Origin: Octopus bimaculoides | Lineage: Eukaryota | Direction: 5' to 3' | Length of the DNA: 64,000 nucleotides | Assembly: GCF_001194135.2 (NCBI RefSeq) | Contig: NC_069005.1 | Location: forward strand, 15,687,797-15,751,796 | In this document: one piece after another, positions 51,038-63,649 of the stretch | Layout: each line of letters begins with the position of its first letter | Numbering within the stretch: position 1 is the first letter of the stretch | Notes under the pieces: model-generated | Databases searched by the model: none | Told to the model about the DNA's origin: nothing | The model's input: the letters and a program-made list of their open reading frames with translations, nothing else | Made by a program: the position numbers and the translations under genes

Positions 51038-51784
51038 TTGCCTGTCCCCTTGCCCCCTTCAGCTAAGTGGGCAGCAAGCTTCCATTACCAGCTTCAGTTG
51101 GCTGATACACTTGCATGTACATTCCATATGATGTTATCTTCTGGTCTTCTTCAAATCCCTCCTACCAAATGATCTTCAGCCAGCCCCCTTTTATGCCTGT
51201 TGTTAACTGGCACCCAAGTCGCAGCTATTTTCAAGTGCCATTGATTGGTTAGATGGGGAATGTAGCTAACATGGCAGAATCAGTGATCTGCTACAATCGC
51301 TTGCAGTGGTCATGACTTTGCACTTCTCAGAATCTCTCCAACTGTGACAGGGAAACAAACATCAAATAATAATGATGATGATGAACTTTGTCATTATGGG
51401 TGTTAAGTACATAAATTAACACAAACTTTTGATGGAAGGTTTTAACTTAGTTTTAAAACAGAAAGCTGGTATCATAGAAACAGGAATGGTCTTAGATGTG
51501 TTGGTATCAGAGGGGTTAATTTCTAATTGTCATAGGGCATCTTGTTCCTGGATGTCCAGGTAATACCAGAATGGATTTAAATTCAGAACCTTTATTTCTA
51601 AACTAAGGGAGTAATGGTTCTCTAAACTCAGCCATACTGACACAGATCATCAAAATCATTTAACATCCACTTTCCCAAGCTTGCAAGGGTTAAATGAAAT
51701 TTGTTAAAGACTAATTTTCTACAGCTGGATGCTCTTTCTGTCACCAACTGTCACTTGCTTCCAAGCAAGGCAACATTTATTCTT

Positions 51785-52525
51785 TATCTTTTGTTTCAGC
51801 CATTTCACTGCAGCCATGCTGGGGCACTGCTTTGAAGAACTTTTAGTTGAATGAATCAACCAGAGTACTCATTCTATCAGTCTCTTTTGCCGAACCTCCA
51901 AGCTATGAGGATGCAAACGCACCAACACTGGTTGTCAAGTGGTGGTGGGGGCAAACACAGACACACACAAATGTATATATATATNNNNNNNNNNNNNNNN
52001 NNNNNNNNNNNNNNNNNNNNNNNNNNNNNNNNNNNNNNNNNNNNNNNNNNNNNNNNNNNNNNNNNNNNNNNNNNNNNNNNNNNNNNNNNNNNNNNNNNNN
52101 NNNNNNNNNNNNNNNNNNNNNNNNNNNNNNNNNNNACATACATACATACATACATACATACAACAGGCGTCTTCCAGTTTTCATCTACCAAATCCACTCA
52201 TAAGGCTTTATTTGGTTGAGGCTGTAGTAGAAAACACTTGCCCAAGGTGCCACGTAGTGAGACTGAACCCAGAACCGTGTGGTTGGGAAGCAAACTTCTT
52301 ACCACACAGCCATGCCTGTACCTCTCCCTCTCTCTCTATATATATATACATATGCATACATACAATGGGCTTCTTTCAGTTTCCATCTACCAAATCCACT
52401 CACAAGGCTTTGGTCAGCCTGAGACTATAATAGAAGACACTTTCCCAAGGTGCCATGCAGTGGGACTGAACCTGGAACCATGTGGTTAGGAAGCAAGGTT
52501 CTTACCACACAGCCATGCTTGCACC
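51785..52525 (-). mobile_element. SINE family C with a duplicated 5' half
   Basis: Copy 51785-52320 followed by a second head at 52365-52525. Confidence 0.82.
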
Positions 52526-52633
52526 TTTGTTGAAAATGTTATAATTGTGACTATTGAAGACATATTTGAAGAGGGGAACATTAGAGAGAGACAACATCTA
52601 GCCGAGAAAATTAATATTGAATTATCAACAAAC

Positions 52634-52756
52634 CTTTATGATTTGCTGAAGGGAAGAAATTTTAGCCTCCAGTGAAGCAATCTTTTCCTTTGCTATTTCA
52701 CATTCTTGTTCTTGTTGCTTCAAGCTTAGCTTCAGTGTCGTACATTCTTCACTAAC
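52634..52756 (-). CDS. Internal exon of an unidentified coiled-coil protein gene (VSEECTTLKLSLKQQEQECEIAKEKIASLEAKISSLQQIIK)
   Basis: Minus strand acceptor ...gtcattgtag|GTT, donor AAG|gtttgt. 123 nt, phase 0-0, stop-free, heptad-like E/K/Q/L-rich peptide in unique sequence. Confidence 0.85.
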
Positions 52757-52795
52757 CTACAATGACATCAACAATAACATATATGTATGTGTGTG

Positions 52796-52861
<66 letters not shown>

Positions 52862-53279
52862 NNNNNNNNNNNNNNNNNNNNNNNNNNNNNNNNNNNNNNN
52901 NNNNNNNNNNNNNNNNNNNNNNNNNNNNNNNNNNNNNNNNNNNNNNNNNNNNNNNNNNNNNNNNNNNNNNNNNNNNNNNNNNNNNNNNNNNNNNNNNNNN
53001 NNNNNNNNNNNNNNNNNNNNNNNNNNNNNNNNNNNNNNNNNNNNNNNNNNNNNNNNNNNNNNNNNNNNNNNNNNNNNNNNNNNNNNNNNNNNNNNNNNNN
53101 NNNNNNNNNNNNNNNNNNNNNNNNNNNNNNATATATTTATATATAAGGACTGAATTAACAGATTAAAAGAATGATCAATGCTTACATGAGAAAATGGTAA
53201 ATAAATAAATAAATAAAGAAATAAAGAAATAAAGAAATAAATACAGAACATGTTACCTTTTACCTTTCAATTGGTTCCG

Positions 53280-53660
53280 TTATTAGATTGTGGCCATGCT
53301 GGGACACCACCTTCAAGAATTTTAGCCGAATGAATCGACCCCAGGACTTATTCTTTGTAAGCCTGGTACTTATTCTGTCAATCTTTTTGCCTGAACTGCT
53401 AGGTTACAGGGGCATAAACGCATCAACACTGGTTGTCAAGCAGTGGGGTGGGGGACAAATACAGATACGAAAGCACACACACATACATATATACAAACAA
53501 TGGACTTCTTTTCAATTTCCATCTACGAAATCCACTCACAAAGCTTTGATTGGCTCCTTGCAATAGTAAAGGACACTTGTCCGAGGTGCCACACAGTGGG
53601 TCTGAACCCGGTGCCATGCAGTTGGAAAGCAAACTTCTTAGTTACACAGCTATGCCTGTG
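53280..53660 (-). mobile_element. SINE family C
   Basis: Full reverse-complement copy. Confidence 0.85.
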
Positions 53661-54310
53661 CTTGTTTGTTACAACCCTTGAGGTGAGTATTGCCCCCCAC
53701 CACCCATCCTTTTCTTTGTTTCTGCTTCCTCCCCATCCCTGTGATAAGAAGGCCAGGATTTGAACTTAAAACAGACGAAGCCAGAATGAATGTTGCTAAG
53801 CAACCTGCCCAATGATAATTCTGGCAGTCCACTAACCTGTATAGGTTCTTTATTAACTGACCTGAAGGAGCGAAAGGAAAAGTTGATCTTAGCAAAACTT
53901 GAACTTGGAGTACAGTGATTTGGAGCATTGTCGTTCATCATTTAACATCCAGTCTCCATGCTGGCATGGGTTGGATGGTATGACACAGAGCTGGCTAGCA
54001 GGGAGTTGCCTGGAGTCAAACTGTCTGTTGTGGCATAGTTTCTATAGCTGGATGCCCTTCCTGATGCTAAAAAGCTGGGTGCTTTTACATATCACCGTAA
54101 TTCAGTGGTTCTCAACCAGGGTCCATATGACCCTTGAGGATCCATATAATATGATTTTACTGTTAAGATTTATGTGCAATGAACTGGTTTGTGATTTGGC
54201 AACAAGCCCAACAGTTTTGTTGGGAGGGAATTAGTCAATCCCATCAAGCCCGGAGCTTAAATGGTACTTGACTTACATACCCTAAAAAGATAAAAGGAAT
54301 AAAATTTAAT

Positions 54311-54881
54311 ATTCATAACCACTTTAATATGGCTGTTCACTTGAGTGGACTCTACTGCGATTTTTTTAACCCCAAGAGGATATCTCCTCTAGCTGGTTAA
54401 CAATGCACAGCTGCATCCGATAAAATTACGAGCAGGGGACAAACCCCTACCATCTCCTAAAATGACTGTGAATATTACTTGTCAGTACAACTACTGCAAG
54501 GATCTCTTAGAGAGATTTTAGACGGAGAATTTTTGCTTGTTGCAAAATCAGCAACTGTGTGTTCACATGAAATACATATATCGAGTGCAGAAATGAGCTG
54601 CTATCATCTCTAGCAGACGAGGTGTCCAGTACTGAGGAATGGCAGAAATAGCCTGAAACCAGGACTGGTCTACTGGTCCTGTCGCTAGGAGATGGTAGGG
54701 GTTCGCTCCCTTGCTTGCAATTTTATTGGGTGCAGCTGTGCATCATTAACCAGTTACAGGAGATGTCCTCTTGGGGTTAAAAAATCGCAGTAGAGTCCGT
54801 TCGAATGGACAGCCATGTTAAAGTGGCTATGAATAGGACTTGTCAGTATAACTACTGCCTTGATCTCTTAAAGAAATTTTA
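54311..54881 (+). mobile_element. Non-autonomous hammerhead-bearing retroelement (retrozyme-like), 5'-inverted, ~1.6 monomers of ~361 bp
   Basis: Perfect direct repeat GAATAAAATTTAAT at 54297-54310 and 54882-54895 (TSD). 54311-54459 is an inverted copy (~87% by manual alignment) of 54686-54834. 54469-54522 directly repeats 54830-54883 (46/54). Central hammerhead; no ORF. Confidence 0.78.
54616..54683 (+). ncRNA. Type I hammerhead ribozyme, complete core
   Basis: Stem I CCAGTA(54626-31)/TACTGG(54671-76), extended by GACGAGG/CCTGTC across a TGT/T internal loop. Core CTGAGGA 54632-38. Stem II A(T)GGC/GCCT with loop AGAAATA. GAAA 54655-58. Stem III ACCA/TGGT with loop GGAC. Cleavage triplet GTC 54668-70. 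Confidence 0.88.
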
Positions 54882-56364
54882 GAATAAAATTTAATTTGGC
54901 CATATTATTCTACCAGTTTTATGTTCAAGATCACTAGATCCAGCCTTTCACACCAATCTTACAATGTTGTTCTAAAAACAACATTCTCATCATCGAAATA
55001 TCAAAGGTGTGGGATAATGCATGGTTAATTTAAAACAATGCTAAAGGGTTAAATCACACACTATGGTCTTCTGATCTTTTTTTGACATTGGACAGTGCTT
55101 TAAGAAATTCACAAAGTTAGGACAGTCCTATCTGGAATGTCTTTGATCATAGTTCTGACCAATCATACATGACCTGGGGGTAAACAGCAACAAAAGCAAC
55201 ATCAGCAACAAATAGTCTTTGAACAATGTAATAAGTGTTCGTTATACTGTTTACAACTTTATACATCACTGCTGCTGCCACCAGCACCACCATCACTACC
55301 ACACCAACACCATCACCATCACAGCTTTAGACATCATCAACAGCATCACAATTATCAAAGTTTACCAAAGAATTAATAAACCATTTGAAGCAATACTTTA
55401 GAATCTAAATATATGAAAGGAATTACACCTCGCTTTTACCATTCCAAATAAGGCATTTGCTGTTGATGTTGTAGTTACGCAGCTTAACCTCAGGTCAGCC
55501 CTGAGTTTAGCAGCAGATCAAAGTAGTATGCCAGAAAGAGATTTCCTCATAAAAAATGGCAGAATGATGGACTGAATGTTAAAAAGTATCTGATTTTAAC
55601 TTCCTATGACGTAGCAATTAGTAAACAACTGTTTGATATTGATCTCAAACATTTGTACACTAATTAGTAGTGTGCAGTCAAGCTTTTGTCTGCCCAAAGC
55701 ATTTTCATAAATTTGTCCTAAACACCCAGGCTTGTTTTTAGACTTTTAATTAACACTTATGCCATACATCCCGAGTTAATATAAAGCTTTCCTTTCGCAA
55801 AGTCCGAAGTTATTCTGGTGGTTGAAAAAATAGGATAAGTTTATCATATATGATTCATGGACAGCAAAAGAAATTTATCCACTCTGCTGGGTGGTTGGTG
55901 TTAGGAAGGGCATCCAGCCATAAAAGCCAAACAGAAGTCTGGTATAGGCACCTGCCTGGCCGGCTCCTGTCAAACCACCGAACATGTGATGCACAGGACA
56001 GGCAAAGGATTAAAGAGATGATGAGTATACTCAATTACACTCTGAACCCCAGAACATAACCAGTACTTTATTTTCATTAAGCTTCTTCTTCAGAGGATAA
56101 AATACAATGTCTACTCTGGTGGGACTTGAACTCACTCAGAGCATGCTGCCAACACTACTACCATCAACACCACTACTGCCATCACCACTACCATAAGCAT
56201 CATATGCTCCCTTTTCCATGTTGGCATGGGTTGGGCGAGCCTAAGCCTTTACCAGTTTGATTCAGTTCTTATCTGGGGTTACTCTCCTCCTGGAGAGTTT
56301 GAGAAAAACAGCTCAATTGCACATTATCAGGGACTATGTCTCTTATATCACCATCATCATCATC

Positions 56365-56580
56365 ACCATCATTTAACGTCTGCTCTCCATGCTGGTATGG
56401 GTTAGATGGTTTGACCGGAACTGATGAACCAGTGAGTTGCACCCAGTTTCCAGTCTGATTTGGCAAGGTTTCTTCAGCTGGATTCCCTTCTTAATGCCAA
56501 CCACTCCAGGAGAGTAATGGGTGGTTTTATGTTCCACCAGTATGGGTGCCATTTATATGACACCAGCAGTGGACACGACT
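56365..56580 (-). mobile_element. SINE family D
   Basis: Reverse-complement copy. Confidence 0.78.
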
Positions 56581-57014
56581 ATGATTCAAGGGTGGCAGTT
56601 CTATTTTCTGACAGTTTCTATTGCTGGATCACATTAGCTATCATCAACCATCATACATAATAGACTAGGTTCATTATATTATGATAGTACCACCAATGAT
56701 TTGAGCTCAGAGTACACCGATTCAGAACAAATACTGCATAACATTCAAAATGAAGCTCTATTAACTTTGCCTTATCTATGACTGTTATACAATAAACCAT
56801 AGATATAAAAGCCACAACACAATAAAAATATAAAAGAAATAGTTTTTTTAATATTTTGTTTTTTAATGCCAAAGCAATAAAAGTTAAAAAATTTAAATAT
56901 TCAAGCCGATGGTTAGTACTATTATCTGATATTTTAAAATGTCAAGGTTAGGACATCTTCAGGAAATCTATAACAATATTGCTAACCGATGACTCTATAT
57001 TTTAAAAATGTTAA

Positions 57015-57215
57015 CCTGCGGTGAGCTGGCAGAATTAGTAGTATGCTGGGCAAAATGCTTAGTAGCAATTCATCTGTCATCATGTTCTGAGTTCAAATGC
57101 TGCTGGGATAGACTTTGTTTGTCATTCTATCTGGGTTGATAAAATAAGTACCAGTTAAGTACTGAGGTTGTTGTAATCAAAATTTCAGCCCTTGTGCCAA
57201 TAGTACAAAGGATTA
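57015..57215 (+). mobile_element. SINE family B
   Basis: Full copy. Confidence 0.8.
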
Positions 57216-57294
57216 TTAAAAAACAAAATATTTAAAACATATATATAACACAACATGTAATGTAAACTATAACAAATAGTTCTTATCTTTTATC

Positions 57295-57780
57295 TTTTGC
57301 TTGATATTCAGTCATTAGACTGTGGCCATGCTGGGGCAACACCTTGAAGCATTTTAAATTGAATTAATCGACTCAGTACTTATTTTTTTCTTTTTCTTTA
57401 AGCATGGTATTTATTTTATTGGTCTCTATGCCAAACCACTAAGTTATGGGATGTAAACACACCAACAGAGGTTGGCAAACATTGATAGAGGACAAACATG
57501 GATGCACTAAGCGTTTTTCCCAGTGCAGCAATGATTCTGCTAGCTCACTGCATTAAAAGATTTTAGATTATTGAAAAAATAACTGTTTTCCCTCCTATCA
57601 CGGAAAGGACATTCACTTTCACACAATGAAACTTCATCCACAAAATTCAGTCACAAGGCTTTGGTTGACCCAACACAAAAGTAGAAGACAACTTGCTCAA
57701 GGTGTCACACAGTGGAACTGAACCCAAAATCATGTGGTTGGGAAGCAAATGTCAACCAAAAAGCCATGGTTGCACCTATG
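57295..57780 (-). mobile_element. SINE family C, interrupted
   Basis: 3' half 57295-57500 and 5' half 57640-57780. Confidence 0.72.
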
Positions 57781-57808
57781 AGTCAAACACAATCAAATAT
57801 ATTAATTC

Positions 57809-57995
57809 TAACCATTTAACATTTAAACCACTGACATCTGACCCCCAAATTCTGCCTGTTTTATGTTCAAACCAGTCAGATCCAGCCTCTCACACCTATC
57901 ATACATCTAACAGTAACCACATCATTGAAATCTCAAAGCTTTGAGATAATGCATAATTAATTCAAAGCTGAATAATTTGAATGCTAAAGGGTTAA
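57809..57995. mobile_element. TTAA-flanked MITE family 2 (other copies 17989-18188 and 54896-55052)
   Basis: Ends GCTAAAGGGTTAA; three mutually similar copies in the window. Confidence 0.6.
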
Positions 57996-58240
57996 ACACA
58001 GCTTAATGGATTGACAGAATCAGTCAAGTAACAGACAAAGTGCCTTAGTGTATTTCGTTATGTCTATCACACAGTCATTTGACTGCAGGTTATACTAACT
58101 TGTTATCTCTGCTAGGGTAGCAGACATAGAGCATACAGTACACTTCATACATAAAACTGGTTTGTGTTCATTTACCTGTCAGGCTGAGCGAGGCATTTTG
58201 AGAGTGGATTTGAAAGACAGAAACTAAAAGTAAGTAACCC

Positions 58241-58285
<45 letters not shown>

Positions 58286-58890
58286 ACAGGTGTGGGTGTG
58301 TGGTAAGTAGCTTGNNNNNNNNNNNNNNNNNNNNNNNNNNNNNNNNNNNNNNNNNNNNNNNNNNNNNNNNNNNNNNNNNNNNNNNNNNNNNNNNNNNNNN
58401 NNNNNNNNNNNNNNNNNNNNNNNNNNNNNNNNNNNNNNNNNNNNNNNNNNNNNNNNNNNNNNNNNNNNNNNNNNNNNNNNNNNNNNNNNNNNNNNNNNNN
58501 NNNNNNNNNNNNNNNNNNNNNNNNNNNNNNNNNNNNNNNNNNNNNNNNNNNNNNNNNNNNNNNNNNNNNNNNNNNNNNNNNNNNNNNNNNNNNNNNNNNN
58601 NCTTGCTTCACAACCACATGGTTCTGGGTTCAGTCCTACTGCTTGACACCTTGGGCGAGTGTCTTCTGCTATAGCCCCAGGCTGACCAAAGCCTTGTGAG
58701 TGGATTTGGTAGATGGAAACTGAAAGAAACCTGTCGTATGCGTGTGTGTGCGCGTGTGTGTATCAGGCAAATGTTGATTTATTGGAGAGAGTGAGCTAAT
58801 GTACATTTGGTCACTATAAAACAAATCATTTGTGCTGGTCATTTGGCAAAAACTGAAAACTCATACACAGTCTTCAACAGAAGAGACCAC

Positions 58891-58952
<62 letters not shown>

Positions 58953-58964
58953 TAACGGTAAAGA

Positions 58965-59275
58965 TCCCTTTCGATCATGAATGACCATGGCATTGCACTT
59001 AGGAAGTTTCCCTCCAAGGCACAACAAGTCCAGACAAGGTTGTTGTTCATGGAAGACCAGCAATTGCTCATGCATATCAGCCTCCCCACTCCACAGCACC
59101 AATTTTATCCAAGAGAAAGGCAAAGGATGATATAGCTTCATACAAGTGACACTGCAACTAATTTCTACAGCTGAGTGTCCTGCTCAAGAACACAATACAC
59201 AGCCTGGTCCATGAATTGAACTCACTACCTCATGATTGTGAGCCTAACACTCTAACCACTGAGCCATGCACCTTC
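58965..59275 (-). mobile_element. SINE family A
   Basis: Reverse-complement copy. Confidence 0.83.
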
Positions 59276-60474
59276 TTTATATATATATATATGTGTGTGT
59301 GTGTGTATATATATATAGTTGGAATTTACAAAAAAACAAAAGACGAAAACAGGTGTGTAAACAACAAACAGGTGTATTAATTTAATGCTTGGGAAGGTGA
59401 GAAAGTCTTTTACATTCNNNNNNNNNNNNNNNNNNNNNNNNNNNNNNNNNNNNNNNNNNNNNNNNNNNNNNNNNNNNNNNNNNNNNNNNNNNNNNNNNNN
59501 NNNNNNNNNNNNNNNNNNNNNNNNNNNNNNNNNNNNNNNNNNNNNNNNNNNNNNNNNNNNNNNNNNNNNNNNNNNNNNNNNNNNNNNNNNNNNNNNNNNN
59601 NNNNNNNNNNNNNNNNNNNNNNNNNNNNNNNNNNNNNNNNNNNNNNNNNNNNNNNNNNNNNNNNNNNNNNNNNNNNNNNNNNNNNNNNNNNNNNNNNNNN
59701 NNNNNNNNNNNNNNNNNNNNNNNNNNNNNNNNNNNNNNNNNNNNNNNNNNNNNNNNNNNNNNNNNNNNNNNNNNNNNNNNNNNNNNNNNNNNNNNNNNNN
59801 NNNNNNNNNNNNNNNNNNNNNNNNNNNNNNNNNNNNNNNNNNNNNNNNNNNNNNNNNNNNNNNNNNNNNNNNNNNNNNNNNNNNNNNNNNNNNNNNNNNN
59901 NNNNNNNNNNNNNNNNNNNNNNNNNNNNNGTGGATGGTATTAGGAAGGGCACCCAGCCATTGAGAACTTGCCAAAGTTGATGCTGGAGCTCAGTACAGCC
60001 CTTTGGCTTGCTGGATCCTGCCAAAAACCACCCAACCCATGTCAACATAGAAACCTGGATAGTAAATGATGTTGATAGGGTATGTGCATGTATTTGCATC
60101 TGCACTCCCATCATTTGACAACAGTGTTGGTTTGTTTACATCCCCATAATTTAGTAGTTTGGCGAAAGAGACTGATATAATGAGTACTGGACTTAAATAT
60201 AAAAATAAGTACTTGAGTCAATTTATTTGACTAAAACCGTTGAAGGTGGGGCCCCAGCTTGGTTGCAGTCCAAGAAAGGAAACCTGACCACAATACTTCA
60301 ATAGGTCTTAGTTTATTGCCCCTCCCTCTCCATTAATGAATAAAAGACAAAGACAACATCAGCAAGACTATATCAGCAAGATTTATATTCACATTATAAA
60401 AAGGACATAGCTAACTACTTTAAGGTATTACCTTTTCCTGACCAATTCTGTCATATTGCTTTCAAAATTATAAT

Positions 60475-60940
60475 AATTCTTTCTAATGCAAACACAAGGC
60501 CTGAAATTTTGAGAGGAAGGGACAGATCAGTGACATTTAATCCCCACCCTACTCCCAGACCTTGATTGGTACTTGCTTTGTCAACGCCCAACCCCTAAAA
60601 GATAAAAGCAAAGATGACCTTGGAAGAATTTGAACTCAGAATGTAAAGCTGGAAAACTGCCACCAAGCCCTTTGTCCAGCAGACTAAGGGTTCGGCCAGT
60701 CCACTGCCTTCTTCATGATAATAACAGTTTCAAATTTTGGCACAAGGCCAGCAAGTCTGGGGGAAGGAGTAAGACAATTACATAGACCCTACTGTTCAAC
60801 TGGTACTTATTTTATCGACCCTGAAATGATGAACGGCAAAGATGATCTCGGTAGAATTTGAACTCTGAACGTAAAGACAGACAAAATGCCGCTAAACATT
60901 TTGCCTGGTGTAGCAACAATTCTGTCAGCTCGCTGCTTGC
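60475..60940 (-). mobile_element. Two tandem SINE family B copies
   Basis: Repeated family B motifs. Confidence 0.8.
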
Positions 60941-61461
60941 TTTAAAATTACAATAATAACAATCTCAATTAACATTAGTTGAAAAAATGACAGTCCTAAA
61001 CCTCCAAATAACTCCTCTCGTTAAGATTATGACAAAGTAATTAAGATAAAATGAGAAGGGAAGGAATAACATCATCATTCTTTTTTATTTTTCAGCTTGT
61101 TCTATTTGAATAATCGCCAGGAACCAACAAGCTATGGTTTTTTATTCTGTCTGAGAGAATCAAAAAGAAATAATCTTCAGCAGAAGCTGTGTCAGATTAT
61201 TCTACAGTTGTTGTGGTTTACATTGTGTTTTGTAGCACACATTCCTATAATGTTGTTGAATAATTTGTCTAGCAGATAATATGGCTGACTTTATCCCAAA
61301 CATCTGAACTATAATCAGAAAAAAAATAGAACGGAGAGATAGGGAAATAGACTGAGAGAGACAAAAATAAAAGGACAGTTATATAAAAAAAATAGATAGA
61401 TAGTCACACAAAAGGATATATAAATTAAAAATAATAGTAAAAATGTAGATAGACAGAGATA

Positions 61462-62331
61462 CGAGATGTATTCAAGAAGTACCCGACCATTGGGTATTAA
61501 AAAAATGATTTCGTACTTTTCACAAATTCTATTTGATCACCTTCAAAACACTCCTCGGGAGTTCACACCCTTCTCCCAGCAGTTCTGCCACTGCTGGTAA
61601 CACCTATGGACTGCCCTCTCTGGATTGCTATGGATCTCTGCTGTCACTTTTCTCATAATTTCCTTTTATGACTCAAACTGTTTCCCTTTTAAGCATGGTT
61701 TCCAGTTTGGGGAAGAGCCAGAAGTCACATAGTGACAAATCAGGAGAGTAGGGAGCCTGTCAAGTAAGTGAGGTTTTGTTCTTGCCTAGGAAAGCTTGGA
61801 TTACGAATTGCATCCCAAAAGTATTTGACTTTATTTTTCACCAACACTCTCTGCATGCACAAATCCCCCATTAAAATGAAATGCCCTTATCCTCATTTTG
61901 TGAGTAATTTCCTGGTTTGTTACCCAACAGTCTTCCATGACAATTTGCTGAACCTTCTCAATCAACTCCTCATTTCAGCTTGTGGATGGCCTGCCTGACA
62001 GTGCTTTGCCCTCCACTGAGATAAGGCCATGTTAGAAGCAGTTGTACCACTGCTTGACCTGAGTTTTGCTCATGGCATCATCCCCAAAGGCCTACTGAAT
62101 CTTTTGGTTGATTTGAGCTTATGCATTCAGTTATCTTGTGTTAAAACAACAATCCAAAGAGCATGCACTGCATGTCTGTACTCTAAGCATAACAGCTGGG
62201 AAATGACATGGCTTACCGGTGCAAAAATGTTCATGCATGCACAAGAAGGGTGGTGCCACAAGAAGGATGGCCCACGCAGCACAAGTCTTGGCAAGAGAAA
62301 ATAGAGCTGGAAACTTTTTGAATGCACCATA
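61462..62331 (-). mobile_element. Mariner transposon remnant
   Basis: Minus frame PYSPDLSLCDFWLFPKLE..LKGKQFES..CYQQWQNCWEKGV; degenerate TIRs ..ATTCAA(G/A)AAGT. Confidence 0.8.
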
Positions 62332-62789
62332 TAAATAGATAGAACAAGATTAGCTGAAAGCTGGCTGGTTAGATAGATTGCAGGTTAAATATTGAGTTAT
62401 ATATCTAATCTGCTACAATGAATTTCATCTGACCCATGCAAGCATGGAAAAGTAGGTATTAAATAATGGTAATGATGGCATAGACAAGTGAGACACAGAT
62501 GACCTACATTACACACATAAAAGAGGCAGATGAAATATAATGTGAAGTAGACAAAAAAAAAAAAAAATTACAACAGCCTATTCACTAAAGCATGACTAAT
62601 GTAAAAAAAAAGAAGTTAATAATTTCTTAGTATAATCACTGCACCACCAAAAATGTCTGAAACAGACCCTAGTTCTTCTATAACACAAAACCTTTCATTT
62701 TAAAACAGCCACATAAAGATTACAACACAAACTTATCCTTGGCTTGTCCAAAGCATTTTCATATGTTTGTCTTAAACATCCATGCTAGT

Positions 62790-63120
62790 TCTGAGTTCAG
62801 TCCCACTGCATGGTACCTTGGGCAAGTGTCTTCTACTATAGCCTCAGGCTATAGTGAATGGATTTGATAAATGGAAACTGAAAGAAACCTGTCATATATA
62901 TATATGTATATGCATGTTTGTCTTCCTCATCACTGGTTGACAACTAGTATTGTTGTATTTATGTCCCTATAACTTAACAGTTCGGCAAAAGAGACAGATA
63001 AAATAAGTGGTCAGTTTAAAAAAAGTCCTGGGATTGATTTGTTTGACAAAAACCCTTCAAGCTGGTGCTGCAGCTTGGCAGCAGTTAAATGATTGAAGCA
63101 AGTAAAAGAATAAAAGAATA
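62790..63120 (+). mobile_element. SINE family C
   Basis: Forward copy ending in AAAAGAAT repeats. Confidence 0.8.
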
Positions 63121-63454
63121 NNNNNNNNNNNNNNNNNNNNNNNNNNNNNNNNNNNNNNNNNNNNNNNNNNNNNNNNNNNNNNNNNNNNNNNNNNNNNNNN
63201 NNNNNNNNNNNNNNNNNNNNNNNNNNNNNNNNNNNNNNNNNNNNNNNNNNNNNNNNNNNNNNNNNNNNNNNNNNNNNNNTATATATATATATATATGTTT
63301 GTTCATATGATGATATCTCCACAATGTGTATTCACATACACATACATGCACCACAAACTGCAGCCAGCAAGCATGTGAAAAAGTGTCAACACACCTGCAA
63401 CCACACCCAGAGATCAGCTCAATGAATCTGTTGTGTAAACCATGACAACAAAAG

Positions 63455-63492
<38 letters not shown>

Positions 63493-63649
63493 AGAAGAGA
63501 GGCAGAATGACAGCCAATAAGATGATTAATAAGCAAACAGGATCTAACTTAGGATGAATATGAAACATTATGACGTCAGCGACAGAGGGTTGGGTGAAAA
63601 TGTGACAGCAACTGGAGGCAAGACTTTTTAACATATATGCATATATAAT

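Noticed and set aside
59320-59417. Penelope-terminus-like repeat possibly ending in a hammerhead on the minus strand
   Set aside because: Truncated by the 59418-59929 gap; the core is not visible.
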